A DNA stretch of 64,000 nt from assembly GCA_965248755.1 (NCBI GenBank), contig OZ252149.1:2784001-2848000 (forward strand), in the 5' to 3' direction. Source of the DNA: Candidatus Latescibacterota bacterium (GTDB taxonomy: Bacteria; Latescibacterota; CBDEFO01). The position numbers and the translations under genes were made by a program. The notes under the pieces were generated by a model. The model did not search any database. It was not told the DNA's origin and saw only the letters and a program-made list of their open reading frames with translations. This document shows positions 30,294 through 39,759 of this stretch, piece by piece (position 1 is the stretch's first letter; each line of letters opens with the position of its first letter).

Positions 30294-31085
30294 CTATCGA
30301 GCATTCTTACCTAATAATTCCCTTACTTTCTTACCGATGTCCCTCTCCCTTATCAATGCCTCGCCCACTAAAATCGCATCGGCGCCGGCGTCCTTGAGCC
30401 TTAAAACGTCCTCTCTCGTGTTGATTCCACTTTCGCTCACTACAGTTCTATCTTCAGGGATCTTATCTATTAAATCAAATGTGATCTTCAAATCCGTCGT
30501 AAATACTCTCAAGTCCCTGTTATTTATGCCTATGATCCTAGCGCCGGCATCTAATGCCCTGTTCAACTCCTCCTCGGTGTGCACCTCCACAAGAGCGGAC
30601 ATCTCCAACCTCTCGGCCAAGCCTGAGTAATTCCTCAACTGAGGGTCGCTCAAGATCGCCGCGATGAGCAAAATTGCATCCGCCTCCAATATCCTGGCTT
30701 CGTATATCTGGTATTCATCTACAATAAAGTCCTTTCTCAAAGCCGGAAGGTTTGAGACGCTTTTGATCATACCGATGTGCTCAGGTCTGCCACCAAAGTA
30801 CTTCTCATCCGTCAAAACCGAGATCGCAGTTGCTCCGTTCTCCTCGTAAATTCGCGCTATCTCTTCGGGATCGAAATCCTCTCTGAAGACGCCTTTGGAG
30901 GGGGACGCCCTTTTCACTTCTGCGATCAGTGAGATGTCCTTGTCCTTGATCAGGGCCCCGCCAAAATCCCTCGCCGGAGGGACGTCAGCTGCAGTGAGCT
31001 TTATCTCCTCTATGGGCTGCAGGGCTTTTGCATCCTCCACACAGCCTCTCTTGTAGTCTGCTATTTCGTCTAATATACCGGGCAT
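30294..31085 (-). CDS. trpC: Indole-3-glycerol phosphate synthase
   Basis: IAEVKRASPSKG, LRKDF, GINNRDL and SESGI motifs. Confidence 0.98.
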   Translation of the reverse strand: MPGILDEIADYKRGCVEDAKALQPIEEIKLTAADVPPARDFGGALIKDKDISLIAEVKRASPSKGVFREDFDPEEIARIYEENGATAISVLTDEKYFGGRPEHIGMIKSVSNLPALRKDFIVDEYQIYEARILEADAILLIAAILSDPQLRNYSGLAERLEMSALVEVHTEEELNRALDAGARIIGINNRDLRVFTTDLKITFDLIDKIPEDRTVVSESGINTREDVLRLKDAGADAILVGEALIRERDIGKKVRELLGKNAR

Positions 31086-31112
31086 CCAGCTATCATCATC
31101 GATGTGTTTTGT

Positions 31113-31161
31113 TTAGGGGCGAGGTTACCTCGCCCGGTGGGCAGCGAAACCCTGACCCTAA
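31113..31161. repeat. GTAG-type REP-like doublet (TAGGGGCGAGG-TTA-CCTCGCCC ... CCCTA)
   Basis: Intergenic hairpin GGGCGAGG/CCTCGCCC; related to 48835-48875 and 34595-34622. Confidence 0.6.
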
Positions 31162-31177
31162 ATTTTTGTTTTAACGG

Positions 31178-32188
31178 TTAAGAATTACTGACGCTCTTTA
31201 GCTCTTCTAACTTCTCCATCGCCTTTCCAGAATCTATAGCTTCGGCCGCCAGTCTCATGCCCTCACCCAGACTATCTGTCAATCCACCTACCAGGATAGC
31301 AGCCCCGGCGTTCATTAACACGATGTCTCTTGTCGGACCCTTTGTCCCGCTCAAAACGTCCGTAACTATACGGGCATTTTCCTCTACCTCACCGCCCAGA
31401 AGGTCTTCCGTCTTAGCCCTCGAAAACCCGAAATCCTCGGGTGCGATCTCGTAGCTTTCCAATGCGCCATCTCTAAACTCGCTCACTTTCGTCCTGTCCG
31501 TTATCGTTATCTCATCGAGGCCGTCCATACCGTGAACCACAAGCGCATGCTCCGCGCCTAAATTTCCCAGAACCTGTGCAATTATGTCAGTCAAATTGCT
31601 ATCGTAAACACCCACTACCTGCCTTGTCGCCCCAGCAGGATTGGTCAGAGGACCCAGGATGTTAAAGATGGTCCTTACGCCTATCTCCCTCCTTGGACCT
31701 ATTGTGTATTTCATAGCTTTGTGCAAGGCGGGGGCAAATAGAAATCCAATGCCCACTTCATCAAGGCACTCCTCGACCTTCTCTGGCGGAGCCTCTACAT
31801 TCACTCCCAATTCCTTCAGCACATCTGCGCTGCCGCACTTGGACGACGCTGCCCTGTTTCCGTGCTTTGCCACACAGAGTCCAGCTCCCGCAGTCACAAA
31901 AGCAGCGGCGGTGGATATATTAAATGTCCCCGAACCGTCGCCGCCAGTTCCACAGGTATCCACGACGATTGCGTGCTCAGTCGCTATCTTGATCGCCTTC
32001 TTCCTCATAACGGAGGCGCAGCCTGTGATCTCTTCCACAGATTCGCCCTTCAGTCTAAGTGCCACCAGAAACGCTCCTATCTGAGCGTCGGTCGCCTCCC
32101 CCGACATGATCTGATTCATCACGCCACTGGCCTCTTCTCTGGTGAGATCCTCACCGGCTATGACCTTATTTATACCATCCCTTAGCAT
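31178..32188 (-). CDS. trpD: Anthranilate phosphoribosyltransferase
   Basis: DTCGTGGDG, FNIST, KHGNR, GPLTNP and GLDE motifs. Confidence 0.98.
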   Translation of the reverse strand: MLRDGINKVIAGEDLTREEASGVMNQIMSGEATDAQIGAFLVALRLKGESVEEITGCASVMRKKAIKIATEHAIVVDTCGTGGDGSGTFNISTAAAFVTAGAGLCVAKHGNRAASSKCGSADVLKELGVNVEAPPEKVEECLDEVGIGFLFAPALHKAMKYTIGPRREIGVRTIFNILGPLTNPAGATRQVVGVYDSNLTDIIAQVLGNLGAEHALVVHGMDGLDEITITDRTKVSEFRDGALESYEIAPEDFGFSRAKTEDLLGGEVEENARIVTDVLSGTKGPTRDIVLMNAGAAILVGGLTDSLGEGMRLAAEAIDSGKAMEKLEELKSVSNS

Positions 32189-32204
32189 AACTAATCTCCA
32201 GGGC

Positions 32205-32768
32205 TTAAGACTCCAAAAAGTTCTTCAACAGGTTTTTCCCCTCTTTGGTCAGGATCGACTCAGGGTGGAACTGCACTCCTTCGACTAACATATCCCTGTG
32301 CCTTAATCCCATAATTAAACCGTCATCTGTCTCTGCCGACACCTCCAGACAGTCGGGAAGTGAGTCCCTTTCGACAATTAAAGAGTGATACCTTGTAGCA
32401 GTGAACGGATTTTCCAAGTCCTTGAATATGGTCTTTCCGTCGTGATATATCTCAGATATCTTCCCGTGCATCAGATAGGGCGCCCTTAACACCTTCCCGC
32501 CGAACGCCTGTCCCATAGTTTGATGTCCCAGACATACGCCCAAGATCGGGATCTTCACGCTAAAGTGTTTGATAAGATCGAGGGATATTCCCGCCTCGTT
32601 CGGGGTGCAGGGACCAGGGGATATGACTATCTTATCTGGCCCCATATCCTCTATCTCCTCAAGGGTGATCTTATCGTTCCTGTAGACATCAAGTTCACCC
32701 CCTAACTCGCCTAAATACTGAACGAGGTTATATGTGAATGAGTCGTAGTTGTCTATCATCAGTATCAT
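32205..32768 (-). CDS. trpG: Anthranilate synthase component II
   Basis: [22 protein letters not shown] and QFHPES motifs. Confidence 0.97.
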   Translation of the reverse strand: MILMIDNYDSFTYNLVQYLGELGGELDVYRNDKITLEEIEDMGPDKIVISPGPCTPNEAGISLDLIKHFSVKIPILGVCLGHQTMGQAFGGKVLRAPYLMHGKISEIYHDGKTIFKDLENPFTATRYHSLIVERDSLPDCLEVSAETDDGLIMGLRHRDMLVEGVQFHPESILTKEGKNLLKNFLES

Positions 32769-32877
32769 AGCTGTTACCCTTGAAGAAAGTAGACAGGTGA
32801 GGTTGAATCGTCAGACAAGAATGTCTTACCCACCGGGTTTCACCCATTTGGATTACTGAAGTCCGAAGCCAAATATT

Positions 32878-32938
32878 GTCATTGCGACCCCCCGATTGAA
32901 TCTATCGGGGGCTAAATTGGGGGCAGAGAAGCAATCTC
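32878..32938. repeat. Family B repeat (GTCATTGCGA...GAAGCAATCTC) with a family A palindrome nested at 32889-32911
   Basis: Direct reading of the trpE-trpG spacer. Confidence 0.75.
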
Positions 32939-32979
32939 GTAGATAGCAGACAGGGCATTTGCCTCTCCCTGTATGCTGC

Positions 32980-34476
32980 CTAAAGGCTACTGTCGACTGT
33001 TATGTCTCCTCTTTCTGCCATCTGGATCGCGTTGATCAGTGCCTTGGCTTTGTTCACTGTCTCGGCAAATTCATTTTCCGGAACGGAATCTGCCACTATT
33101 CCGCCTCCTGCCTGAATGTAGGCAATACCGTCTTTGGCAACAAGGGTTCTTATGGAGATGCAGGTATCTAAGTTTCCTGAAAAGTCCAAATATCCCACAG
33201 CTCCCCCGTAGATGCCTCTCCTTGTCGGCTCCATCTCGTCTATTATCTCCATCGCCCTTATCTTAGGCGCTCCTGTCAGGGTCCCTGCAGGGAAACACGC
33301 AAAGAGGGCGTCCAACTCATCGAAGCCATCCCTTAATTTCCCCTTCACGTTAGACACGATGTGCATAACGTGCGAATATCTCTCCACCCTCATCTGCTCG
33401 GTCACTTCGACAGAACTGTACCTGCTGACTCGTCCGATGTCGTTCCTCCCCAGATCGAGCAACATAAGGTGCTCTGCCAACTCTTTTTCATCTGACAGGA
33501 GTTCTCTTTCGAGCTTTAGATCTTCCTCTTCGTTTTCGCCCCTTTTTCTTGTTCCAGCGATAGGTCGCGTTGTCACGATGCCGTCTTCCACTCTCACCAG
33601 AAGCTCAGGAGATGCCCCCACAATTGCCAGACCATCCATCGAAATGTGGAACATATAAGGAGACGGATTGACGATCCTCAGCATCCTGTAAATTTCAAAC
33701 GGATCAACGGATATCTCAGTCTGAAAGCGTTGAGATATGACTACCTGAACGATGTCTCCGGCCAAAATGTACTCCTTGCACCTTAATACCCTGTCTTTAT
33801 AATCCTCCTTTTTAAGGTTCGACACGACTTCACAGTGTCCTTTTCCCGCACGAGGAACACCATCCACCGATTTTGACAGCGCATTTTCCAACTTTGCAAT
33901 CACTTTTATGGCAGCATCGTATTTGTCCCTCAAATCCCCTTCGGAATCTACACGGACATTGGAGATCAAGATGATCTTATGAGCGATATTATCGAATGCA
34001 AGGATAGTATCGAAGAATAGAAAGACTATGTCATCCAAATTCAGATCGTCTATGTTGTCGTCGGGGATATCCTCTACCAACCTTATCCCATCGTAAGCCA
34101 CGTATCCCACTGCGCCGCCTGTAAACCTCGGCAGTCCCTTTAGATGAACGCCCCTGTGTCCCTCAACTAACTTTCTCAACTCTTTGATAGGGTCAGCTCT
34201 ATACTCCTCCTTTTTGCCTGAGGATAGATCTTTTATAACTACCCTTTTACCTCTTGATCGGAATATCTTAAATGGCCCCACGCCCAAAAAAGAATACCTT
34301 GCTATCTTCTCACCGCCCTCCACGCTTTCTAAAAGGAACGAATATTTACTTTGATGGCGTATCTTCAAATAGGCCGAAACCGGGGTCTCAGTGTCCGCCA
34401 GGATCTCCTTGAACACGGGGACTATATTCGCCTTGAAGGTGAGCCTTTCGAAATCCTCATAACTCGGTTCTATCAC
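32980..34476 (-). CDS. trpE: Anthranilate synthase component I
   Basis: FLLES, NPSPYM (Trp feedback site), PIAGT, EHLMLLDLGRND and GAPK motifs. Confidence 0.98.
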   Translation of the reverse strand: MIEPSYEDFERLTFKANIVPVFKEILADTETPVSAYLKIRHQSKYSFLLESVEGGEKIARYSFLGVGPFKIFRSRGKRVVIKDLSSGKKEEYRADPIKELRKLVEGHRGVHLKGLPRFTGGAVGYVAYDGIRLVEDIPDDNIDDLNLDDIVFLFFDTILAFDNIAHKIILISNVRVDSEGDLRDKYDAAIKVIAKLENALSKSVDGVPRAGKGHCEVVSNLKKEDYKDRVLRCKEYILAGDIVQVVISQRFQTEISVDPFEIYRMLRIVNPSPYMFHISMDGLAIVGASPELLVRVEDGIVTTRPIAGTRKRGENEEEDLKLERELLSDEKELAEHLMLLDLGRNDIGRVSRYSSVEVTEQMRVERYSHVMHIVSNVKGKLRDGFDELDALFACFPAGTLTGAPKIRAMEIIDEMEPTRRGIYGGAVGYLDFSGNLDTCISIRTLVAKDGIAYIQAGGGIVADSVPENEFAETVNKAKALINAIQMAERGDITVDSSL

Positions 34477-34667
34477 ATCTAAGTTCCTACTTTATGAGTG
34501 GACAGTGCATCTGGCAGAGGCGAACCCACGGGTAGTGGACAGGGAGATGTGGCAACAAGCCACGAAGTGGTTACGCCCGATTTATCCGTATTTTCAGGGC
34601 AGACCTGAGTGTCTGCCGCTACTTACCGTACTTACTTTTCTCCATAGAATCGCTCTTCCGTTATAAT

Positions 34668-36041
34668 CTATCTATGCCTGACAGTATACTCCACTTTCTC
34701 CTCTCCTCCCGCTTTCACCGGAACGTTAAACTCCAGAGTCTGAGCGTCCTTCTTCTTAAAACCGTGCGACTTTTTGGGTATCTCCCAAAAACCCCATATG
34801 TGCTCTACCACTACGACCTCTATGTCTTTGTCCTTATGATTCCTTAAAGTTATCTTCACATCTTCGTCATATATCCTATCTGTGATCTTCCTTCTATATG
34901 CGACTATCCTCTCGCCTACAACGTCAAACGCATCGCCTAATATAAGCCGAACCTCCTCATCCACCGGCGTATGATCTATCTTATCCTCCCCGATGAACTC
35001 CAGCGACTCGTCCACATCCTTTTTGTAGACCCTCACTTTGCCGCCCGGAAGCGGCATCCCCATTCCTGCTTTTTTGCTATTGTTAAATTCTAACTTCACC
35101 TTCACCTTTTTATTGTTTCTAACTCCGTCGTAGTAATAGACCTTCCTGGATTTCACCTCTGTGTTGGGAAATAGAGAAAGCTGTTTGATCTGATTATCTT
35201 TGATAGTGGTCTTTCTATCCAAAGAGTAGAGATGGTATTCGAAGAAGGCCCTCTCCTCGAACTGAGGAACAGCGGCCTTTGCCATAACCTCGAAACGCCT
35301 TCTTCTGAACTCAACTTCCTCCTTGACTCTGTGTACATCCCCCGCCACAAGCTTGACCTGCGCGTCCTTGTAATCCGTCCCGGAGCGATTATCTATCGTC
35401 ACCCATCCTCCTAACTCGGTCTTCTTCTCATCTTTTCCCACAACCGTCACGTACTCAGCGTGCCATTCGATTCCCGATGTCAGGTAACTTATCTCCCCTA
35501 AATGTTCATCGGCCTTTTCCGACTCCAAGAGCCATACTAAAGTCGGCTTTGTGATCAGTTCTACACCCTCGATCTCTTGCAATTGGATATTCTTAATCGT
35601 CTCTAATTTAACTATCCTGATCTGGTCTACACCCATCAACACAATATCCCCGTCCTTGAAGCTGATCAGCGTGCCCTCGTGGAGCTTTTCTCCCTTTGCT
35701 AAAATGCTAACGTTTCTGTCCAGGTACTTCTCCAGGATCTTCATAGGACTAGATAGGTCGTATTCATAATTCTGTTCTAATATAGCCACTCCATCGGGAT
35801 CGGTAAGCGATTTAAAATGCACAGATGTGGGGTCTATGCTCGAAGCTACATCTGCAAACTTTACCAGGTTTGCCCCTTTCTCTAACTCTATCTTCCTTAC
35901 CTCTTTGACTAACGCCAAGTCCTGATTGTAAACTGTCAGCGCTGTCGTCTCGTTTTGGGACTCTCCGGTTCCACAGAAGAAGTGCAGCGATAAGAGTACC
36001 GCTGCAACGCGGAGTGGTCGCACCACTATCAAAGCACTCAT
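34668..36041 (-). CDS. DUF4139 domain exported protein
   Basis: Signal peptide, LTVYNQDLALVKE, LEQNYEYDL and GMPLPGGKVRVY motifs. Confidence 0.82.
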   Translation of the reverse strand: MSALIVVRPLRVAAVLLSLHFFCGTGESQNETTALTVYNQDLALVKEVRKIELEKGANLVKFADVASSIDPTSVHFKSLTDPDGVAILEQNYEYDLSSPMKILEKYLDRNVSILAKGEKLHEGTLISFKDGDIVLMGVDQIRIVKLETIKNIQLQEIEGVELITKPTLVWLLESEKADEHLGEISYLTSGIEWHAEYVTVVGKDEKKTELGGWVTIDNRSGTDYKDAQVKLVAGDVHRVKEEVEFRRRRFEVMAKAAVPQFEERAFFEYHLYSLDRKTTIKDNQIKQLSLFPNTEVKSRKVYYYDGVRNNKKVKVKLEFNNSKKAGMGMPLPGGKVRVYKKDVDESLEFIGEDKIDHTPVDEEVRLILGDAFDVVGERIVAYRRKITDRIYDEDVKITLRNHKDKDIEVVVVEHIWGFWEIPKKSHGFKKKDAQTLEFNVPVKAGGEEKVEYTVRHR

Positions 36042-36089
36042 AGCTATATGCCCTCTAAAACGATGTTAGTCGAAGTCTTTTATAAACTT

Positions 36090-36119
36090 AACATAACATT
36101 CCTGATACACAGTTGTCAA
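36090..36119 (-). promoter_or_regulatory. Putative sigma70 promoter downstream of the attenuator
   Basis: TTGACA (36119-36114), 18 bp, TATGTT with a TG extension. Confidence 0.5.
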
Positions 36120-36130
36120 GGGAAATCAAC

Positions 36131-36166
36131 AAAAAAGCCGCAGGCATTCAAGTTATGCCCACGGCT
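36131..36166 (-). terminator. Intrinsic terminator of the predicted attenuator
   Basis: GCCGUGGGCAU-aacuuga-AUGCCUGCGGC followed by UUUUUU. Confidence 0.9.
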
Positions 36167-36195
36167 TTTTATCTTCTGCGATATATACGGCTATC

Positions 36196-36279
36196 TTAAC
36201 TTACGAGCCATGGACATATTCCTCCCCAGTTATACCAGCGGCTGTAATAAATTCCGTAGAAAGGGAGTGAAAATTCCAT
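36196..36279 (-). CDS. Aromatic amino acid-rich leader peptide (27 aa; 2 Phe, 4 Tyr, 3 Trp)
   Basis: MEFSLPFYGIYYSRWYNWGGICPWLVS; AAGGAG RBS 6 nt before the ATG; lies between a promoter and a terminator upstream of the trp/aro operon. Confidence 0.88.
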   Translation of the reverse strand: MEFSLPFYGIYYSRWYNWGGICPWLVS

Positions 36280-36344
36280 CAAGCTCTCCTTTTTCTCCAA
36301 TGTCGTCCAAATTTGCTCTTGGACTGTGTGTTGAAACTACATAT

Positions 36345-36373
36345 ATAATAATCAATATCTGTCGCTTTGTCAA
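36345..36373 (-). promoter_or_regulatory. sigma70 promoter for the leader
   Basis: TTGACA (36373-36368), 17 bp, TATTAT (36350-36345). Confidence 0.82.
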
Positions 36374-36421
36374 GGGGAAAAGTATGAAGTTATATTCACC
36401 ATAACCACATCTGATACCTTA

Positions 36422-37780
36422 TTATTTATTTTTATATAAAACTATTACCCTTCTGATATTTTCTAAATTTGTCATAGTTCCAATTAAAATAAGAGCTAAG
36501 AGGGGCTGATTCATTAAGGCACCTACAAAAATAATAAATGTTCTAACATCACGACGTATTCTGAATGAAAAATCTTCTGAACCAATTCTTCTGTTCAGCA
36601 GTCTATTCCTCAAACTATAATACTTGTCTGCAGTATAACTGTTCATAAAAGATCCCATTATTGCCAAAAAACCAATCGCAATGTACAAGAAATTATTATT
36701 CAAGACATAAACATAATAAGTTAAACTAAATAAAAGAAATCCATCAGCATATCTATCCAATACTGCATCAAACCATCCACCGAATGTCGTAGCTTGAAAT
36801 CTTAGTCTTGCTACTTCACCATCACAGCCATCAACGATTGATGAGATTTGCGCAAGAATTCCGCCAATAACTAAATTAACATACCCACCTAAAAAGAAGA
36901 AATATGCACCCAACATAGAAATGATAAAAGGAAAAAAAGAAATAAAATTTGGAGTTATGCTAGTTTTTATAAGATACTTTGAAATAATAGTTGATATAGG
37001 TCTATTTACATACCTTGAAACAGGACCATCGGAAGTTTTTTTCAGATTAGTCATAAGCTTGTCGGATGCTTTTTTTAAATCCTCCTGCGTATCTATATCT
37101 GTCCACCAAAGCTCGATGTTTTTTCTCATCTTTGAGGAGTAACTTTCGATCTTGGTAATATCAAATATCTCAGCGTCTCCATTTTTGGTGGCTTTTTTGA
37201 TACTGTCCCTAAGTTCTCCTTTTTTCTCATTTGCCGCCTCTTCAATATAAGAAAATATCTTCGGTGAACATAAAAAGATGCCCGTATCTACGCAGTTTGA
37301 CTCCCTTATGTTCTTACCTATATCGACGATCTTCCCATTTCTTTCCAGGACTTTCGTATCCTCTTTGCACGGCTCTTTTCTATCGACTGCTAAAACCACA
37401 GAACTTTTCATATCACATTTTACAAGTTCATTTAAGATACGATCATCAAAGATATGGTCTGACATCAAAAGGACGAAGTTCTCATTCAACGCCTCTCTCG
37501 CCTTTAAAACGGAGACTCCATTTTCTTCCTTTTGCCATTCCTTATTCTCAATATAATCTATTTTTACTCCGAGTCTCTCTCCGTCTCCTAACTTTTCTTT
37601 TATTTTGTCCCCACGATAACCGACAACTATCAAAAATTCGTGAATATCCGCTTGTTTTGCAGTTAACACTGTTCTTTCAATCAATGATAAACCTAAGAGT
37701 TGGATTAGCGGTTTTGGTTTATCTTTAGTTAGATCGCCTAATCTACCACCGTCTCCAGCGGCTATTATCAACGCTTCCAT
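36422..37780 (-). CDS. Bifunctional NTP transferase / CDP-alcohol phosphatidyltransferase (IPCT/DIPPS-like)
   Basis: IIAAGDGGRL...KPKPL nucleotidyltransferase domain followed by DGCDGEVAR...GGWFDAVLDRYAD. Confidence 0.87.
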   Translation of the reverse strand: MEALIIAAGDGGRLGDLTKDKPKPLIQLLGLSLIERTVLTAKQADIHEFLIVVGYRGDKIKEKLGDGERLGVKIDYIENKEWQKEENGVSVLKAREALNENFVLLMSDHIFDDRILNELVKCDMKSSVVLAVDRKEPCKEDTKVLERNGKIVDIGKNIRESNCVDTGIFLCSPKIFSYIEEAANEKKGELRDSIKKATKNGDAEIFDITKIESYSSKMRKNIELWWTDIDTQEDLKKASDKLMTNLKKTSDGPVSRYVNRPISTIISKYLIKTSITPNFISFFPFIISMLGAYFFFLGGYVNLVIGGILAQISSIVDGCDGEVARLRFQATTFGGWFDAVLDRYADGFLLFSLTYYVYVLNNNFLYIAIGFLAIMGSFMNSYTADKYYSLRNRLLNRRIGSEDFSFRIRRDVRTFIIFVGALMNQPLLALILIGTMTNLENIRRVIVLYKNK

Positions 37781-38049
37781 ACATGTCCTCCTTCAAGTCT
37801 TCAAAATATTCCTTCTGATCTTATAGGAAGATACGAAGTGAGGTGTTTGATGTCAATAGAGACTGGGGGAAATAATCCGTTGGCCAATCTTTTTTACTCC
37901 TCTCAACGTCTACTCATTGCCCTCGCTGCACTTCCCATGCAACGCTCTCGACGGCGGTTCTCTGAACTCTACAAAGGGTATCGTTACAGAGTATAGGGTA
38001 CTAACCAATCCTCTTCAATCTCCAGGCCGACTCCCGGTCCGTCATTTCA

Positions 38050-38225
38050 GGCGATATAGCTGTCATGGGATGGCCGTAAGAAGCCCTTCCCAATCCCCAC
38101 ATCTCGTCTTCGACCGTCACCTTCACCCAGACATCTCCGAAGTTGGACGTCCAGCTTCGGAGGTGCCTCTTGCACGTGGGATACCTCGACATTGGGAGTT
38201 GGGACCTCGGAGTCTTCCGCTCAGA
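38050..38225 (-). pseudogene. N-terminal fragment of an L-rhamnonate dehydratase-like enolase-superfamily gene
   Basis: EDSEV / PMSRYP...SW...VWVKVTVEDEMWGLG, with a frameshift and truncation. Confidence 0.55.
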
Positions 38226-38268
38226 ACGTACACCTCAGCTATGTCATTGGTGCTTCTCATGGAGAGCC

Positions 38269-39189
38269 TTAACGTTCACTGGCTCTATCTTCTTGATCTC
38301 CCTTATTCTCTCCTTGCCTTGTTAATGTCTGGATGAACCTCTCAGCCGGAACAGTAAGGACTTTTCCCCTTTTATGAATGATTCCAAGCGGTCGCTTGAA
38401 CCTCTTATCTTTGAAATCTATCGCCTTGAGCGTACCGTGTTCGATCTCCTGTTCCACCGTTACCGATGGGACGATGGAGACTCCTAAGTCGGCTTCAACA
38501 GCGTGCTTTAGCATCTCCACGTTGTCGATTTCCATGGAAATCTCAACTTGAACCTTATGATCTTTCAGGATCTTGTCTATTGCCCTCCTTGTGGGAGTGT
38601 CCTTCTCGAACGCCACGAATCTCTGTCCCTGCAACATCTCCACGTCTAACTTATCAAATCTTGATAGAGGATGGTCGGGATTGGATATGACCACTAACTC
38701 ATCCTCCTTAAAAGGAATTGTCTCGATCCCGCCTTTTCTGACCGGATAGACCACAATCCCCAGATCGATCTTGTTATTTATCACGTTTTCGTATATCTGA
38801 TCTGCCCGGTCGTAATCCAGGATCACGTTTACCTGCGGGTACTTACTGAAAAATGTCTTCAGATACGATGAAAGCTCGTGTATCCCAACGCTGTATATGG
38901 CCTCCACCTTTATTGTCCCTGCAACCACGCCCGATAGCTCCTGAAGCGCAGATTCCATCTCATCGTATCTTTGAACCATATCCTTACATCCCTTATAGAA
39001 TATCTCCCCCGCCGGAGTCAAATTCAGACCGCGTTTTCCCCTTTCCACAAGCTTATGACCGAAGGTCTCCTCTACCTTCTTTATCTGCTGACTGACAGCC
39101 GACTGGGAGACGAAATTGCTGCTTGCCGCCCTGGAAAAGCTTCCGCTCTCGACCAGATCGCAGAAGATCTTCAGACTCTCTATAAGCAT
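38269..39189 (-). CDS. LysR family transcriptional regulator
   Basis: GSFSRAASSNFVSQSAVSQQIKKVE HTH, LTPAGE and substrate-binding domain. Confidence 0.95.
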   Translation of the reverse strand: MLIESLKIFCDLVESGSFSRAASSNFVSQSAVSQQIKKVEETFGHKLVERGKRGLNLTPAGEIFYKGCKDMVQRYDEMESALQELSGVVAGTIKVEAIYSVGIHELSSYLKTFFSKYPQVNVILDYDRADQIYENVINNKIDLGIVVYPVRKGGIETIPFKEDELVVISNPDHPLSRFDKLDVEMLQGQRFVAFEKDTPTRRAIDKILKDHKVQVEISMEIDNVEMLKHAVEADLGVSIVPSVTVEQEIEHGTLKAIDFKDKRFKRPLGIIHKRGKVLTVPAERFIQTLTRQGENKGDQEDRASER

Positions 39190-39594
39190 AGTTAAGCACC
39201 TTTTTCTAAGCGTGTTTAAGGCGCGGTATGGCTCTACATTTGGGTTGCTACTGTCAGACTCTAATGGATCGCCTAATATTAGTTTATTTAATAATAAGCA
39301 TTAAATCAATTAATTTGACTTATAATACCAATTATGACAACTTCATTAATAGGTAATAGAGACATCGGAAATACAAAGGAAATACAAACCTTAAATCATA
39401 ATAGAAGAGGTGAAAAACTGTGAAATCACACATGTTGATAGAGCATATAAGCCTGGTTGCACTTATATCAGCGTTTGCGCTGTATGCCTTCTACAGCGTT
39501 GCTGTCTTGTTCTAGTGCATAAGGCTTCAACGCCAATCTTACAGAAGGTGGGAAGCTCCGGCCTTTGGGTCGGAGCTTTTCCATTTTCTCTCCC

Positions 39595-39756
39595 ACACCT
39601 TCCGTAGAGTATCCTCCTGCTGGCTTCAAGTTCAGACCGTGTTTCCTCTCTCCACAAGCTTATGACCGAACGTCTCCTCTACCTTCTTTATCTGCTGACT
39701 GACAACCGACTTGGAGACAGAATTGCAGCTTGCTGGCGCCGAAAAGCTTCCGCTCT
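39595..39756 (-). pseudogene. Degenerate copy of the LysR 5' region
   Basis: 39651-39756 aligns without gaps to 39044-39149; similarity continues past a frameshift. Confidence 0.85.
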
Positions 39757-39759
39757 TGT

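Noticed and set aside
36131..36340. 6S RNA or other stand-alone sRNA
   Set aside because: The size fits, but the RBS, aromatic-rich uORF and antiterminator pairing explain it better as an attenuator.
36048..36404. 118-aa plus-strand ORF
   Set aside because: It overlaps the minus-strand promoter, leader and terminator, and has no protein-like features.
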